Origin: an uncultured Bifidobacterium sp.
Lineage (GTDB): Bacteria > Acidobacteriota > Vicinamibacteria > Vicinamibacterales > CAVVIG01
Assembly: GCA_964386715.1 (NCBI GenBank)
Contig: CAYLTD010000017.1
Span: forward strand, 18,344-82,343
Length of the DNA stretch: 64,000 bases
Direction of reading: 5' to 3'
Shown here: positions 29,454-38,973 of the stretch, piece by piece
Position numbering within the stretch: position 1 is the stretch's first letter
Layout: each line of letters opens with the position of its first letter
Notes under the pieces: model-generated
Seen by the model: only the letters and a program-made list of their open reading frames with translations
What the model was told of the DNA's origin: nothing
Database searches by the model: none
Program-made: the position numbers and the translations under genes

Positions 29454-30050
29454 CTAGCTGCCGCCGGCCTTGCGCGGCGTTGTGACCTTGCGGGCGCCGC
29501 CCTTTGCGGGCTTCGATGCCTTCTTCGACGCGGTGTCTGCGCCGTCGTTCTTCTTGCCGCCCCGGAGGCGGTCGGCGGCGGCCTTCAGGCGACCACCCAC
29601 GCCCTTCGGCTTCGGGGCTTCCTGCGGCGCGGCGGCATCGGCCTCGGCCTGGGCGCGCGGGTTGAACTCGCTGCCGACCAGTTCCACCTGGGCGATCTCA
29701 GCGGAGTCGCCCTTGCGGTAGCCCAGGCGCAGCAGCCGCGTGTACCCGCCGGGTCGCGCCTCGAATCGGGGCGCGAGCGTGTCGAACAGCTTCGTCACGA
29801 CCGCGCGGTCCTGCAGGTCCTGCATGACCAGGCGCCGCGCATTCAGCAGCTTGAGGTTCGCATCGCCGGACGCGAGGCCGCGCTTGGCGATGGTGATGAG
29901 CCGCTCCACGAAGGGGCGCAGTTCCTTCGCGCGAGGCACCGTGGTCACGAGGTGCTCGTGGCGGAGAAGGGCCGTGGCCTGGTTCCGCAGCATGGCGATA
30001 CGATGCTCGGTGACGCGGCCCAGCTTGCGGTGTGCTACTCGATGTCTCAT
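29454..30050 (-). CDS. rplQ: 50S ribosomal protein L17 with a Lys/Ala-rich C-terminal extension
   Basis: MRHRVAHRKLGRVTEHRIAMLRNQATALLRHE... is typical L17. At 198 aa it is about 70 aa longer than usual, with a KKASKPAKGGARK-type tail. Confidence 0.95.
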   Translation of the reverse strand: MRHRVAHRKLGRVTEHRIAMLRNQATALLRHEHLVTTVPRAKELRPFVERLITIAKRGLASGDANLKLLNARRLVMQDLQDRAVVTKLFDTLAPRFEARPGGYTRLLRLGYRKGDSAEIAQVELVGSEFNPRAQAEADAAAPQEAPKPKGVGGRLKAAADRLRGGKKNDGADTASKKASKPAKGGARKVTTPRKAGGS

Positions 30051-30155
30051 GTGCGTTTGGCAGGAGGGTCTGGTGGACCGGCAGGCCTGATGGGAAGAGC
30101 GATGCTTCGTCCTACCCGACCGATCCGATCGACCTGGTCTCCCGGTCCTTCCTTC

Positions 30156-31136
30156 TTAGTCCTGCGCCCCCGCCTGATCGACACGCATGCCGAGGCTCAG
30201 GCCCATCGTGTGCAGGATTTCCTTGATCTCGTTGAGGCTCTTGCGTCCGAAGTTCTTGGTCTTGAGCATCTCAGCCTCGGACTTCTGCACCAGCTCGCGA
30301 ATCGTGCGGATGTTCGCGTTCTTGAGGCAGTTGTACGAGCGGACCGACAGCTCCAGCTCCTCGACCGACTTGTCGAGGTTTTCGTTGCCGGCGCCGCTGC
30401 GCGGCTGGTCGCCGGAGGCTTCCGCCTGCTGCTCGACGCCATCCTCGAGGTTGATGAAGATGTTCAGGTGATCGCGCACCAGCTTCGCCGCGAGTGAGAC
30501 GGCATCGCGCGGCGTGATGGCCCCGTTGGTCCAGACGTCGACCGTCAGCTTGTCGTAGTCCGTCGTCTGGCCGAGGCGCGCGGCCTCGACGAGATAGTTG
30601 ACCTTCTTGATCGGCGAATGCACCGAGTCGATCGGGATCCAGCCGATGCCGAGGTCCTCGTCGAAATTCTTGTCGGCCGACACGTAGCCACGGCCGCGGC
30701 GCATGCGCATTTCCATGTGCAGGCTGCCTCCCTCGGACACGGTGGCGATGTGCGCCTCCGGCTCGAGGATCTCGACGTCCGCGTCCACCTGGATGTCCTT
30801 GGCCCGCACCTCGCCAGCCTTGTCCACGCGCACGACGAGCGTCTTCGTCGTGTCGGTGTGCAGCTTGAGCGGGATCTGCTTCAGGTTGAGGATGATGTCG
30901 GTCGCATCCTCGACCACGCCGGGAATCGGCGAGAACTCGTGCAGCACGCCGTCGATCTTCACCGCGGTGATGGCCGCGCCCTCGATCGACGACAGGAGCA
31001 CCCTCCGCAGGGCGTTGCCGATGGTCGTGCCGAAGCCGCGCTCGAACGGCTGCGCGTAGAACCTGCCGAACCGATCCGTCAGCGTCTCACGTTCGAACTC
31101 GAGCCGCTTCGGCCGCTGAAATCCCTTCCAGAGCAT
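30156..31136 (-). CDS. rpoA: DNA-directed RNA polymerase alpha subunit
   Basis: 326 aa. ...[31 protein letters not shown]... and the C-terminal domain [23 protein letters not shown]. Confidence 0.97.
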   Translation of the reverse strand: MLWKGFQRPKRLEFERETLTDRFGRFYAQPFERGFGTTIGNALRRVLLSSIEGAAITAVKIDGVLHEFSPIPGVVEDATDIILNLKQIPLKLHTDTTKTLVVRVDKAGEVRAKDIQVDADVEILEPEAHIATVSEGGSLHMEMRMRRGRGYVSADKNFDEDLGIGWIPIDSVHSPIKKVNYLVEAARLGQTTDYDKLTVDVWTNGAITPRDAVSLAAKLVRDHLNIFINLEDGVEQQAEASGDQPRSGAGNENLDKSVEELELSVRSYNCLKNANIRTIRELVQKSEAEMLKTKNFGRKSLNEIKEILHTMGLSLGMRVDQAGAQD

Positions 31137-31240
31137 CGTGTCTTCCTTTCGCTACCGGGCCCGCAGACGGGCCTCCAGACCTGCCAGGTGAACCGCCGGC
31201 CTCCCACCGCAGGTCTGTCAAGGCTGCGGGCCGGCGGTCT

Positions 31241-31265
31241 GCGACGCGGCCGCGACGCGGCCGCG
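31241..31265. repeat. tandem 11-mer GCGACGCGGCC x2 (+GCG) in the rpsD-rpoA spacer
   Basis: Read directly from the sequence. Confidence 0.8.
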
Positions 31266-31270
31266 CTGCA

Positions 31271-31335
31271 GGCTTCGGGCGAACGGCTCCGGGCGACGAC
31301 GCGCCCGGTGTGCCGGCCGACCGGAGCCTGAAGCC
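31271..31335 (-). other. nested long hairpin starting 1 nt after the rpsD stop codon
   Basis: GGCTTC...GGCTCCGG (31271-31292) pairs with CCGGAGCC-t-GAAGCC (31321-31335), giving 8+6 bp. It could be an attenuator, a processing site or a stabiliser. Confidence 0.4.
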
Positions 31336-31336
31336 G

Positions 31337-31966
31337 TTACTTGGAGTAGAGCTCCACGATCAGCTGTTCCTGCACGGGCAGGTTGATCTGTTCGCGGGTC
31401 GGCATCGAGACGATGCGGCCCGAGATCGACGCGGCGTCGAACGACAGCCACTCGGGGATCCCCCGGCCCTTCACCTCCTGCATCGCGTGCTCGATGGTGG
31501 GGTTCTTCTGGCTGCGAGCCAGCACCGTCACCACATCGCCCTCCTTCAGGGAGTACGACGGGATGTCCACCTTCTTGCCGTTGATCAGGAAGTGTCCATG
31601 CCGCACCAGCTGGCGTGCCTGCGCGCGGGACGTCGCCAGACCGAGGCGGTAGATCACGTTGTCGAAGCGGCGCTCGAGGAGCTGAAGCAGCGTCACGCCC
31701 GTGATCCCGCGGGTCCGCTCGGCGGCCTCGAAGTAGCGACGGAACTGGTCTTCGAGCACGCCGTAGATGCGCTTGACCTTCTGCTTCTCGCGCAGCTGCA
31801 GGCCGTATCCCGCCAGCTTCGCCTTGCGCATCTTGCCGTGCTGCCCCGGGGGGAAGTTGCGCTTCTCGATGGCGCACTTCTCCGTGTAGCAGCGCTCCCC
31901 CTTCAGGAAGAGCTTCATCGCCTCGCGGCGGCACAGGCGGCAGACGGGTCCAATGTAACGAGCCAT
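31337..31966 (-). CDS. rpsD: 30S ribosomal protein S4
   Basis: [44 protein letters not shown], 209 aa. Confidence 0.97.
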   Translation of the reverse strand: MARYIGPVCRLCRREAMKLFLKGERCYTEKCAIEKRNFPPGQHGKMRKAKLAGYGLQLREKQKVKRIYGVLEDQFRRYFEAAERTRGITGVTLLQLLERRFDNVIYRLGLATSRAQARQLVRHGHFLINGKKVDIPSYSLKEGDVVTVLARSQKNPTIEHAMQEVKGRGIPEWLSFDAASISGRIVSMPTREQINLPVQEQLIVELYSK

Positions 31967-31995
31967 TCAATAACCTCTAGAAGAACATCGCAGTC

Positions 31996-32081
31996 GGTGA
32001 GTTTGGTGAACTGGTGAGTTGGCGAACTCAAATCGCCAGCGACGTCACCAGATCGCCACTCCGCCAGATCACCAATCGCCA
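31996..32081. repeat. word-repeat hairpin element (GGTGA/GGCGA words vs TCACC/TCGCC words)
   Basis: The left arm has 4 words (GGTGA x3, GGCGA) and the right arm has 6 complementary words. For example, TTGGTGAACTGG pairs with CCAGATCACCAA with 1 mismatch. It lies in the rpsK-rpsD spacer. Confidence 0.7.
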
Positions 32082-32086
32082 GAGCC

Positions 32087-32524
32087 TCAGACGCGCCGGC
32101 GCTTCGAGGGCCGGCAGCCGTTGTGCGGGATCGGGGTGATGTCGCGGATCGACTTGACCTCGATCCCCACCGTCTGCAGCGCCCGGATCGCCGACTCGCG
32201 CCCGGAGCCGGGGCCCTTCACCCGGACATCCACGGTGCGCATGCCGACGGTCTTCGCCGCATTGCCCGCGTTCATCGCCGCCTGGGTCGCCGCAAACGGC
32301 GTCCCCTTCCGGGAGCCCTTGAAGCCGATGCCGCCGGCGCTCGACCACGCCACCACGTTGCCTTCGGTGTCGGTGATCGTCACGGTCGTGTTGTTGAACG
32401 ACGCGTGAATGTGCGCCAGGCCGTGGTGGACGATCCGCTTCTCGCCACGCTTCTTGAACGTCTTCTTGGGCTTTCCCGCAGGGCCCTTTTTCTCGGATCC
32501 CTCGGCTGCTTCGCTCTTTGCCAT
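32087..32524 (-). CDS. rpsK: 30S ribosomal protein S11
   Basis: ...[43 protein letters not shown]..., 145 aa. Confidence 0.97.
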   Translation of the reverse strand: MAKSEAAEGSEKKGPAGKPKKTFKKRGEKRIVHHGLAHIHASFNNTTVTITDTEGNVVAWSSAGGIGFKGSRKGTPFAATQAAMNAGNAAKTVGMRTVDVRVKGPGSGRESAIRALQTVGIEVKSIRDITPIPHNGCRPSKRRRV

Positions 32525-32528
32525 TCCT

Positions 32529-32556
32529 GGAGTCCTCAGTTCTCAGTCGTCGGTCC
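32529..32556. repeat. GTCCTCAG-type word repeats in the rpsK leader
   Basis: GGAGTCCTCAGTTCTCAGTCGTCGGTCC. On the mRNA strand this reads ACTGAGAACTGAGGACTCCAGGA-ATG, i.e. SD-like GAGGA words. The same word occurs at 56365-56425. Confidence 0.6.
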
Positions 32557-32570
32557 ACGGTCGCGCGCGG

Positions 32571-32590
32571 GGCCGTGATCGCTCACGGCC
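32571..32590 (-). other. perfect 8-bp hairpin between rpsM and rpsK
   Basis: GGCCGTGA-tcgc-TCACGGCC, 16 nt downstream of the rpsM stop. Confidence 0.4.
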
Positions 32591-32605
32591 CTGCACCTGG
32601 CGCGG

Positions 32606-32980
32606 CTAGACGGTCTTCTTCTTCGCGATGGCACCCTTGCGCGGCCCCTTGCGCGTGCGCGCATTGGTCCGCGTGCGCTGGCCGCGCACGGGCAGGCCGC
32701 GGCGGTGGCGCATGCCGCGGTAGCAGCCGATTTCCATCAGCCGCTTGATGTTCATCGAGATCTCCTTGCGGAGGTCGCCCTCGACGCGGCCCTGCTCCTC
32801 GATCACGCGGCTGATCTTGCGGACATCGTCTTCCGAGAGATCCTTCACGCGGATGTCCGGGCTCACGCCCGCTTCCTGAAGGATGGTCACCGAACGGACG
32901 CGCCCGATGCCGAAGATGTACGTGAGTCCGATTTCAACGCGCTTGGTGCGCGGAAGATCGACGCCTGCAATACGTGCCAT
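32606..32980 (-). CDS. rpsM: 30S ribosomal protein S13
   Basis: [27 protein letters not shown]..., 124 aa. Confidence 0.97.
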   Translation of the reverse strand: MARIAGVDLPRTKRVEIGLTYIFGIGRVRSVTILQEAGVSPDIRVKDLSEDDVRKISRVIEEQGRVEGDLRKEISMNIKRLMEIGCYRGMRHRRGLPVRGQRTRTNARTRKGPRKGAIAKKKTV

Positions 32981-32984
32981 TGAA

Positions 32985-33098
32985 CTAGCCCTGCCTCTGC
33001 TTGTGCTTCTGGTTGGCGCAGATCACCCGGACCACCCCACGGCGCCGGACGATCTTGCACTTGTCGCAAATCCGCTTGACCGATGCTCGAACCTTCAT
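32985..33098 (-). CDS. rpmJ: 50S ribosomal protein L36 (Zn-binding form)
   Basis: Below the 60-aa cutoff of the ORF track. Hand translation gives [37 protein letters not shown] (37 aa). Confidence 0.9.
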   Translation of the reverse strand: MKVRASVKRICDKCKIVRRRGVVRVICANQKHKQRQG

Positions 33099-33180
33099 CT
33101 TTCACATCCTTGAGCGGCTTCGACCGTGGCTCCCGGGTGCGCCTCGCGCGCCCGATGCCCCGGGCCTGAAGCCCAAAGCC

Positions 33181-33417
33181 TTACTCGACCTTCCCGATAA
33201 TCCGGCCTCGTCCGCGATCGACCGGCGACAGCTCGAGGCGCACTCTATCGCCAACCAGCACCCGGACGAAATTGCGGTCCGTGCGATCCGCGATGTGCGC
33301 CGTCACCAGGGCCCCGCCGTCGAGCTTCACCCGGAACAACACCCTCGGGAGCTGCTCGACGACGACCCCGACTATCTCCGCCCGGGTCCCGCTTCGTCCC
33401 TGGCCGTCAGAATCCAT
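33181..33417 (-). CDS. infA: translation initiation factor IF-1
   Basis: Track ORF 33181..33492 trimmed to the only plausible start, MDSDGQGRSGTRAEIVGVVVEQLPRVLFRVKLDGGALVTAHI... (S1-fold IF-1). It overlaps the map 3' end by 46 nt. Confidence 0.8.
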   Translation of the reverse strand: MDSDGQGRSGTRAEIVGVVVEQLPRVLFRVKLDGGALVTAHIADRTDRNFVRVLVGDRVRLELSPVDRGRGRIIGKVE

Positions 33418-34145
33418 GCCCCGTTGGCCGTCACCGCGACCGTGTGCTCGAAGTGTGCCGACAGGCTCCGGTCCCTCGTCACGGCGGTCCACCCGTCAGC
33501 CAGCACCTTCACCGCGGGCTTGCCCGCGTTCACCATCGGCTCGATCGCCAGCACCATGCCTTCGGCCAGCCGCGGTCCCCGTCCCGGTTCCCCGTAGTTG
33601 GGCACCTGCGGCTCCTCGTGCATCTGCTGCCCGATCCCGTGGCCGACGAATTCCCGCACCACGGAGAAGCCATGCTGCTCGACGTGTGCCTGCACGGCAT
33701 GCCCGATGTCGGACACCCTCGCGCCGGGCCGCACCTGCTCGATCGCCTTGTAGAGCGACTCCTCGGTGACCCGCAGCAGCGTCGCCGCCTCTTCCGACAC
33801 CTTCCCGACCGGCAGCGTCACCGCGCTGTCGCCAAAGTACCCGCCGAGCGAGGCGCCCACGTCGATCGCGATGACGTCGCCCTCGTTCAGCACGCGCTTC
33901 CCGGAGGGAATCCCGTGGATCACCTCCTCGTTCACCGACGCGCAGATCGTGGCGGGGTATCCGTGATACCCCTTGAACGCCGGGATTGCGCCGGCATCCA
34001 CAATCAGGCCTTCAGCCAGCGCGTCGAGGTCGGCCGTGGTCACACCCGGCGCGACCTGCGCCGCAAGCGCGGTCAGCACCTGGCCGACCAGCCGCCCGGC
34101 GGCACGCATCCTTTCCAACTCGGCAATCGAGCGGCAAACGATCAC
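33372..34145 (-). CDS. map: methionine aminopeptidase type I
   Basis: 257 aa. ...FKGYHGYPATICASVNEEVIHGIP...IDVGASLGGYFGDSA...GHGIGQQMHE...EHTVAVT. Confidence 0.95.
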   Translation of the reverse strand: MIVCRSIAELERMRAAGRLVGQVLTALAAQVAPGVTTADLDALAEGLIVDAGAIPAFKGYHGYPATICASVNEEVIHGIPSGKRVLNEGDVIAIDVGASLGGYFGDSAVTLPVGKVSEEAATLLRVTEESLYKAIEQVRPGARVSDIGHAVQAHVEQHGFSVVREFVGHGIGQQMHEEPQVPNYGEPGRGPRLAEGMVLAIEPMVNAGKPAVKVLADGWTAVTRDRSLSAHFEHTVAVTANGAWILTARDEAGPGRR

Positions 34146-34819
34146 AGGGCGGTTCCACCCACGACTTCGCTCTTCGCCGAATCCACCGCCTCGGCCAGGG
34201 CCGCGGCCACGGCCTCGGGCCGCTGGGATCCGTTGACCGCCCGGAAGGTGGGCCGCTCCCGATAGTACTCGACGAGCGGCGCCGTGTTCCGGTGATACAC
34301 CTTGAGGCGCTCGCGCACGACCGCCTCGTTGTCATCGTCACGCTGCTTCAGTGGACCACCGCACTTCTGGCAGCGCGCCAGGCTGATCTGCGACAGTTCC
34401 ACACCCTCGGCGTTCTGCCCGCAGTTCGCGCAGATGATGCGGGTCGTCAGGCGTCGGACGAGCTCCGCCTCCGGCACCACGATGTCGACGATGATGAGCG
34501 GCGCCCGGCCGACCATTACCGCCTCGAGCGCCCGCGCCTGGGCCACGGTCCTGGGAAAGCCGTCGAGGATGAAGCCGCTGCGCGCGTCGTTCTGGTTCAG
34601 CCGCTCCTCGACGATCCGCACCATGACCTCGTCGCTGACAAGCTCGCCGCGGTCCATGATCGCCTTGGCCTTCAGGCCGATCTCCGTACCAGCCTTGACC
34701 GCCTCCCGCAGGATGTCGCCGGTCGAAATCTTCGGAATCTTCCGGAGCCGCGCGAATCGCTCGGCCTGCGTACCCTTCCCTGCCCCCGGGGGGCCGAGCA
34801 TGATGAGGTTCAGCGCCAT
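34142..34819 (-). CDS. adk: adenylate kinase (Zn-lid type)
   Basis: MALNLIMLGPPGAGKGTQAE... with lid CANCGQ...CQKCGG. It overlaps map by 4 nt. Confidence 0.95.
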   Translation of the reverse strand: MALNLIMLGPPGAGKGTQAERFARLRKIPKISTGDILREAVKAGTEIGLKAKAIMDRGELVSDEVMVRIVEERLNQNDARSGFILDGFPRTVAQARALEAVMVGRAPLIIVDIVVPEAELVRRLTTRIICANCGQNAEGVELSQISLARCQKCGGPLKQRDDDNEAVVRERLKVYHRNTAPLVEYYRERPTFRAVNGSQRPEAVAAALAEAVDSAKSEVVGGTAL

Positions 34820-34831
34820 CGCCGCTACCCG

Positions 34832-36220
34832 TCAGGCCCGACGGCCCCGGATCCGGGTCTTCTTCATGAAGCCGTCGTAGTGGCGCATGATCAACTGGCT
34901 CTCGACCTGCTGCACGGTGTCCATCGCCACGCCGACCACGATCAGCAGCGAGGTGCCCCCGAAGTAGAACGGCACGCCAAGGCCCTCGGTCACGAACCGC
35001 GGCAGTGCGGCGTCGAGCCACCCGCCGACAAACGGGATGGGCTCCACCTTGAACCCGCTCAGCAGGAACTGCGGCAGGATGGCGATGATCGCCAGGTAGA
35101 TGGACCCGGCCAGCGTCACCCGCGTCAGGATCGTGTCGATGTACTCGGCGGTCCGCTTGCCGGGCCTGATGCCCGGGATGAACCCGCCATACTTCCGCAT
35201 GTTCTCTGCCACGTCATCCGGGTTGAAGATGATCGCGGTGTAGAAGTACGCGAAGAAGATGATGCCGGCCACGAACAGCAGGTTGTAGAGCGGCATCCCG
35301 AGGCCGAGCTGCGTCGTGACGGCGTCGGCAAACGGCCGGCCCTGGAACATCTGGGCGAAGGTCGCCGGGAACGCCAGGATCGACGAGGCGAAGATCACCG
35401 GGATGACGCCGCCGGTGTTCACCTTCAGCGGGATGTGCGTGCTCGAGCCGCCATACATGCGGCGACCCACGACGCGCTTGGCGTACTGGACCGTCACCCG
35501 CCGATGCCCGCGTTCCACGAAGATGATCGCCGCGATGACGAGCGCCATCACCACCACGAGGACGATCATCGAGAAGAGCCCCAGCTGGCCCGTCCGGATC
35601 TGGTCGATCGTCTGGATCACCGCGCGCGGGAAGCCGACGACGATGCCCGCGTAGATGATGAGCGACATCCCGTTGCCGATGCCCCGCTCGGTGATCTGCT
35701 CGCCAAGCCACATGATGAACGACGTGCCGGTCGTCAGCGTGAGCACCGTCATCAGGCGGAAGCCGAGACCCGGGTTGTAGACCAGCGGCAGGCCGCCCGT
35801 GATGTTGGTCTGGCGTTCGAGGAAGATCGCGATGCCGAGCGCCTGCACGACGCTCAGGAAGATCGTGCCGTAGCGGGTGTACTGGGTGATCTTGCGCCGG
35901 CCCAGTTCGCCTTCCTTCGAGAGCTTCTCGAGGTACGGCCAGACGACCGTCAGGAGCTGCAGGATGATCGACGCACTGATGTAGGGCATGATGCCCAGAG
36001 CGAAGATCGTCACCCGCGACAGGTTCCCGCCGGAGAACATGTCGTACAGGCCGAACATCTGGTTCTGCATCTGCTGCGCGAGCTCGGCCAGCGCGGCCGT
36101 GTTCACGCCCGGGGTCGGGATGTGGTTCCCGATCCGGTAGACGCCCAGCAACCCGAGCGTGAAGAGCACGCGGTTGCGCAGGTCCGAGACGGCGAAGATG
36201 TTCTTCAGGCTGTTTTCCAT
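34832..36220 (-). CDS. secY: preprotein translocase subunit SecY
   Basis: 462 aa, 10 TM. ...LFTLGLLGVYRIGNHIPTPGVN...GALGIMPYISASIILQLL. Confidence 0.97.
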   Translation of the reverse strand: MENSLKNIFAVSDLRNRVLFTLGLLGVYRIGNHIPTPGVNTAALAELAQQMQNQMFGLYDMFSGGNLSRVTIFALGIMPYISASIILQLLTVVWPYLEKLSKEGELGRRKITQYTRYGTIFLSVVQALGIAIFLERQTNITGGLPLVYNPGLGFRLMTVLTLTTGTSFIMWLGEQITERGIGNGMSLIIYAGIVVGFPRAVIQTIDQIRTGQLGLFSMIVLVVVMALVIAAIIFVERGHRRVTVQYAKRVVGRRMYGGSSTHIPLKVNTGGVIPVIFASSILAFPATFAQMFQGRPFADAVTTQLGLGMPLYNLLFVAGIIFFAYFYTAIIFNPDDVAENMRKYGGFIPGIRPGKRTAEYIDTILTRVTLAGSIYLAIIAILPQFLLSGFKVEPIPFVGGWLDAALPRFVTEGLGVPFYFGGTSLLIVVGVAMDTVQQVESQLIMRHYDGFMKKTRIRGRRA

Positions 36221-36254
36221 TGGCTCAATCCGGACGGCCGCGCCGTCCTGATCC

Positions 36255-36698
36255 TCAGGCGAGCGCCTCCGCCTGTCCCCCGGCCGCGGCGATCTTCTCC
36301 GCCGCCTTGCCGCTGAACTTGTGCACGCGCACCGTCAGCGCCTTGCTCACCTCGCCTCGCGCGAGGACCTTCACGGGGCTGTTGCCGTCGACCAGGCCGG
36401 CCGCGACCAGCGCTTCCGGCGTGACGACCGCGCCTGCCTCGAACCGCTCCGACAGGGTGTCGAGGTTCACGACCGCGTATTCCAGGCGGAAGGGGTTCGT
36501 GAAGCCGCGCTTGGGCAGCCGGCGATGCAGCGGCATCTGCCCGCCCTCGAACCCGCGCTTGAACTTGAAGCCGGAGCGCGACTTGGCGCCCTTGTGCCCG
36601 CGGCCGGCGGTCTTGCCGTTGCCAGAGCCCTGGCCGCGGCCGATGCGCTTCTTGGCGTGCGTGGCGCCCTTGGGCGGCTTCAGATTGGAGAGATCCAT
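36255..36698 (-). CDS. rplO: 50S ribosomal protein L15
   Basis: [37 protein letters not shown]..., 147 aa. Confidence 0.97.
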   Translation of the reverse strand: MDLSNLKPPKGATHAKKRIGRGQGSGNGKTAGRGHKGAKSRSGFKFKRGFEGGQMPLHRRLPKRGFTNPFRLEYAVVNLDTLSERFEAGAVVTPEALVAAGLVDGNSPVKVLARGEVSKALTVRVHKFSGKAAEKIAAAGGQAEALA

Positions 36699-36713
36699 GT
36701 CAGTAATCCTGAA

Positions 36714-36770
36714 TTGGTGACCTGGTGCGCTGGTGATCCTGGTGACGTGCAGGCTTCACCAGCTCGCCAA
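36714..36770. repeat. word-repeat hairpin element (TGGTGA x3 + TGGTGC vs TCACCA/TCGCCA)
   Basis: TTGGTGAcCTGGTGCgCTGGTGAtcCTGGTGA - loop - TTCACCAgcTCGCCAA, in the rpmD-rplO spacer. Confidence 0.7.
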
Positions 36771-36773
36771 CTG

Positions 36774-36977
36774 CTATTCAACCGAGACGAGGTGCCGGAC
36801 CTTGTGGATCATGCCCCGGGTCTCGGTCGTGTCCTTCACTTCCACGGTGTGGCGGATGCGCCGCAGCCCGAGGCTGCGCAGCACCTCACCCTGCTTCCTG
36901 TTGAAGCCGATGGGGCTCTTCAGGAGGGTCACCTTGACCACCCCGGTGCCCTTCGAGTCAGTCCGCTCGTTCGCCAT
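36774..36977 (-). CDS. rpmD: 50S ribosomal protein L30
   Basis: ...VKVTLLKSPIGFNRKQGEVLRSLGLRRIRHTVEVKDT..., 67 aa, at the expected spc-operon position. Confidence 0.93.
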   Translation of the reverse strand: MANERTDSKGTGVVKVTLLKSPIGFNRKQGEVLRSLGLRRIRHTVEVKDTTETRGMIHKVRHLVSVE

Positions 36978-36991
36978 GACGTGTCACTTCC

Positions 36992-37510
36992 CTAAGCGGA
37001 GGCGCCGGCGAGCTCCTCGAGCTCCTTGCCGCGCATCCGCGCAATCGCGACCGGATCCTTGAGCGCGTCGAGACCGGCGATCGTCGCCCGCACGACGTTG
37101 TGCGGGTTGGCCGAGCCGAGCGACTTCGTCAGGATGTTGGTGATGCCCGCCGACTCCACCACCGCGCGGACGGCGCCGCCGGCGATGATGCCCGTCCCAT
37201 CGGGAGCCGGCTTCAGGAGCACGCTGCCCGCGCCGAAGTTGCCGACGATCGGGTGCGGGATCGTCGAGCCCTGGAGCGGCACGCGGATCAGGTTCTTCTT
37301 CGCCGACTCGATGCCCTTCTTGATGGCCGACGGCACTTCCTTCGCCTTGCCGATCCCGAAGCCCACGACGCCGTGCCCGTCACCGACGACGACCAGCGCG
37401 CTGAAGCTCAGGTTCTTGCCGCCCTTCACCACCTTCGTCACGCGGTTGATGGCGACGACGGTGTCCTTGATGTCGAGCTGCGACGGATCGATTCGCTCGC
37501 GAGTACGCAT
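36992..37510 (-). CDS. rpsE: 30S ribosomal protein S5
   Basis: ...[43 protein letters not shown]..., 172 aa. Confidence 0.97.
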   Translation of the reverse strand: MRTRERIDPSQLDIKDTVVAINRVTKVVKGGKNLSFSALVVVGDGHGVVGFGIGKAKEVPSAIKKGIESAKKNLIRVPLQGSTIPHPIVGNFGAGSVLLKPAPDGTGIIAGGAVRAVVESAGITNILTKSLGSANPHNVVRATIAGLDALKDPVAIARMRGKELEELAGASA

Positions 37511-37517
37511 ACCGCTC

Positions 37518-37892
37518 CTAGAATTCCAGTCCTGCTTTGCGTGCAGCGTCCGCGACTGCGCGGATGCGTCCGTGGTAGAGGAACCCGCTGCGGTCGAACA
37601 CCACGCGCGTAATCCCCTTCTCGATGGCGCGCCTGGCGATGGCGGCGCCCACCGCGTCGGCTCCCTTGAGGTTGCCGCCGGTGACGCCCTTCTCGAACCC
37701 GCCCTTCAGCGCCGGCTCGACGGTCGAAGCCGACGCCAGCGTGTGCCCGCTCAGATCGTCGATGACCTGCGCGTAGATGTGGGCCACGCTCCGGAACACG
37801 GTCAGCCGCGGGCGCTCGGCCGTGCCCGCGATGCGCTTGCGCTGCCGCAGCTGGATCCGGCGGCGGCGATCGTCCTTGGTCTTGATCTTCAT
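37518..37892 (-). CDS. rplR: 50S ribosomal protein L18
   Basis: ...[20 protein letters not shown]...[28 protein letters not shown], 124 aa. Confidence 0.97.
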   Translation of the reverse strand: MKIKTKDDRRRRIQLRQRKRIAGTAERPRLTVFRSVAHIYAQVIDDLSGHTLASASTVEPALKGGFEKGVTGGNLKGADAVGAAIARRAIEKGITRVVFDRSGFLYHGRIRAVADAARKAGLEF

Positions 37893-38431
37893 TACTTCGC
37901 CCCCGTCTTTCCGGCCTTCTTCTTGAGCACTTCGCCGGTGTACCGGACGCCCTTCTGCTTGTAGGGGTCCGGCTTGCGCAGGCGTCGGATGTTGGCGGCC
38001 ACCTGGCCGACGAGCTGACGGTCCACACCGGTGACGGTGATGTGGGTCTGCTTGTCGATGGCGACGTCGATCCCCTTCGGGATGTCGAACACCACCGCGT
38101 GCGAGTAGCCGAGCGCGAAGATGACCTGCTGCCCCTTGACCTCGGCGCGATAGCCGACGCCGACGATGTCGAGTTCGCGCTTGAAGCCCTCGGTCACGCC
38201 GGTCACGGCGTTGGCCACGAGGCTCCGCGCCAGGCCGTGGAACTTGGCCAGGGACGGGTCGTCCGTCGAGCGCTTGGCCAGCAGCTGGCCGTCGACGAGC
38301 TCGAAGTTGATGCCGGCCGGGTGCGCCTGCCGCAGCAGGCCCTTGGGGCCCTTCACTTCCACGGTGCCCGACTCGACCTTGATGGTCACGCCCTTGGGCA
38401 CCGGAATCGGTTTCTTTCCAATACGAGACAT
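37892..38431 (-). CDS. rplF: 50S ribosomal protein L6
   Basis: [31 protein letters not shown]..., 179 aa. Confidence 0.97.
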   Translation of the reverse strand: MSRIGKKPIPVPKGVTIKVESGTVEVKGPKGLLRQAHPAGINFELVDGQLLAKRSTDDPSLAKFHGLARSLVANAVTGVTEGFKRELDIVGVGYRAEVKGQQVIFALGYSHAVVFDIPKGIDVAIDKQTHITVTGVDRQLVGQVAANIRRLRKPDPYKQKGVRYTGEVLKKKAGKTGAK

Positions 38432-38485
38432 GTCGCTCTTCCTTCTCGGTCTCGGCTCACGGCGCTGGTGCGCCGGCTTCGACGC

Positions 38486-38884
38486 TTACCAGATGTTGCA
38501 GAGCACCTCGCCGCCGACGCCCGCCCGGACGGCTTCGCGGCCCGTCATGACGCCACGCGACGTCGTCAGGATGCTGGTGCCCAGCCCTGCCAGGACCTGC
38601 GGCACGTCCTGGCGGCCGAAGTAGACGCGGCGGCCGGGGCGGCTGATGCGTTCGATGCCGGTGATGAGGCGCTCGCCGTGGGGCCCGTACTTCAGGAACA
38701 GGCGCAGCGTCTTCTGCGGCGACGCGGGGTCCTCCACGAGCCGGTAGCTCTGGATGTACCCCTCGTCGGCGAGGATGCGCGCGATGTCGGCCTTGATGCG
38801 CGACGCGGGCATGTCGACGCGCGTGTGCTTGGCGGTGACCGCGTTGCGGATCCGCGTCAGCATGTCGGCAATTGGATCGGTCAT
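38486..38884 (-). CDS. rpsH: 30S ribosomal protein S8
   Basis: MTDPIADMLTRIRNAVTAKHTRVDMPASRIK..., 132 aa. Confidence 0.97.
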   Translation of the reverse strand: MTDPIADMLTRIRNAVTAKHTRVDMPASRIKADIARILADEGYIQSYRLVEDPASPQKTLRLFLKYGPHGERLITGIERISRPGRRVYFGRQDVPQVLAGLGTSILTTSRGVMTGREAVRAGVGGEVLCNIW

Positions 38885-38904
38885 GTTCGTCTAAACCTTC
38901 TCAA

Positions 38905-38973
38905 TTCGTGATCTGGTGAGTTGGAGAGCTGGTGATTGCCACTCACCAACCCGCGACTTCACAACCTCACCAA
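38905..38973. repeat. word-repeat hairpin element (TCGTGA/TGGTGA/TGGAGA vs CTCACCAA/TTCACAA)
   Basis: TGGTGAGT pairs with ACTCACCA. The right arm overlaps the last codons and the TGA stop of rpsN. It lies in the rpsN-rpsH spacer. Confidence 0.7.

Noticed and set aside
33986-36316. 776-aa plus-strand ORF opposite map, adk and secY. Similar cases are 45875..47941 opposite fusA, 51527..53824 opposite the methyltransferase and CBS genes, and 1650..3077 opposite the response regulator.
   Set aside because: These are antisense shadows of highly conserved genes. None has any domain-like sequence, and the real genes explain the open frames through GC3 bias.
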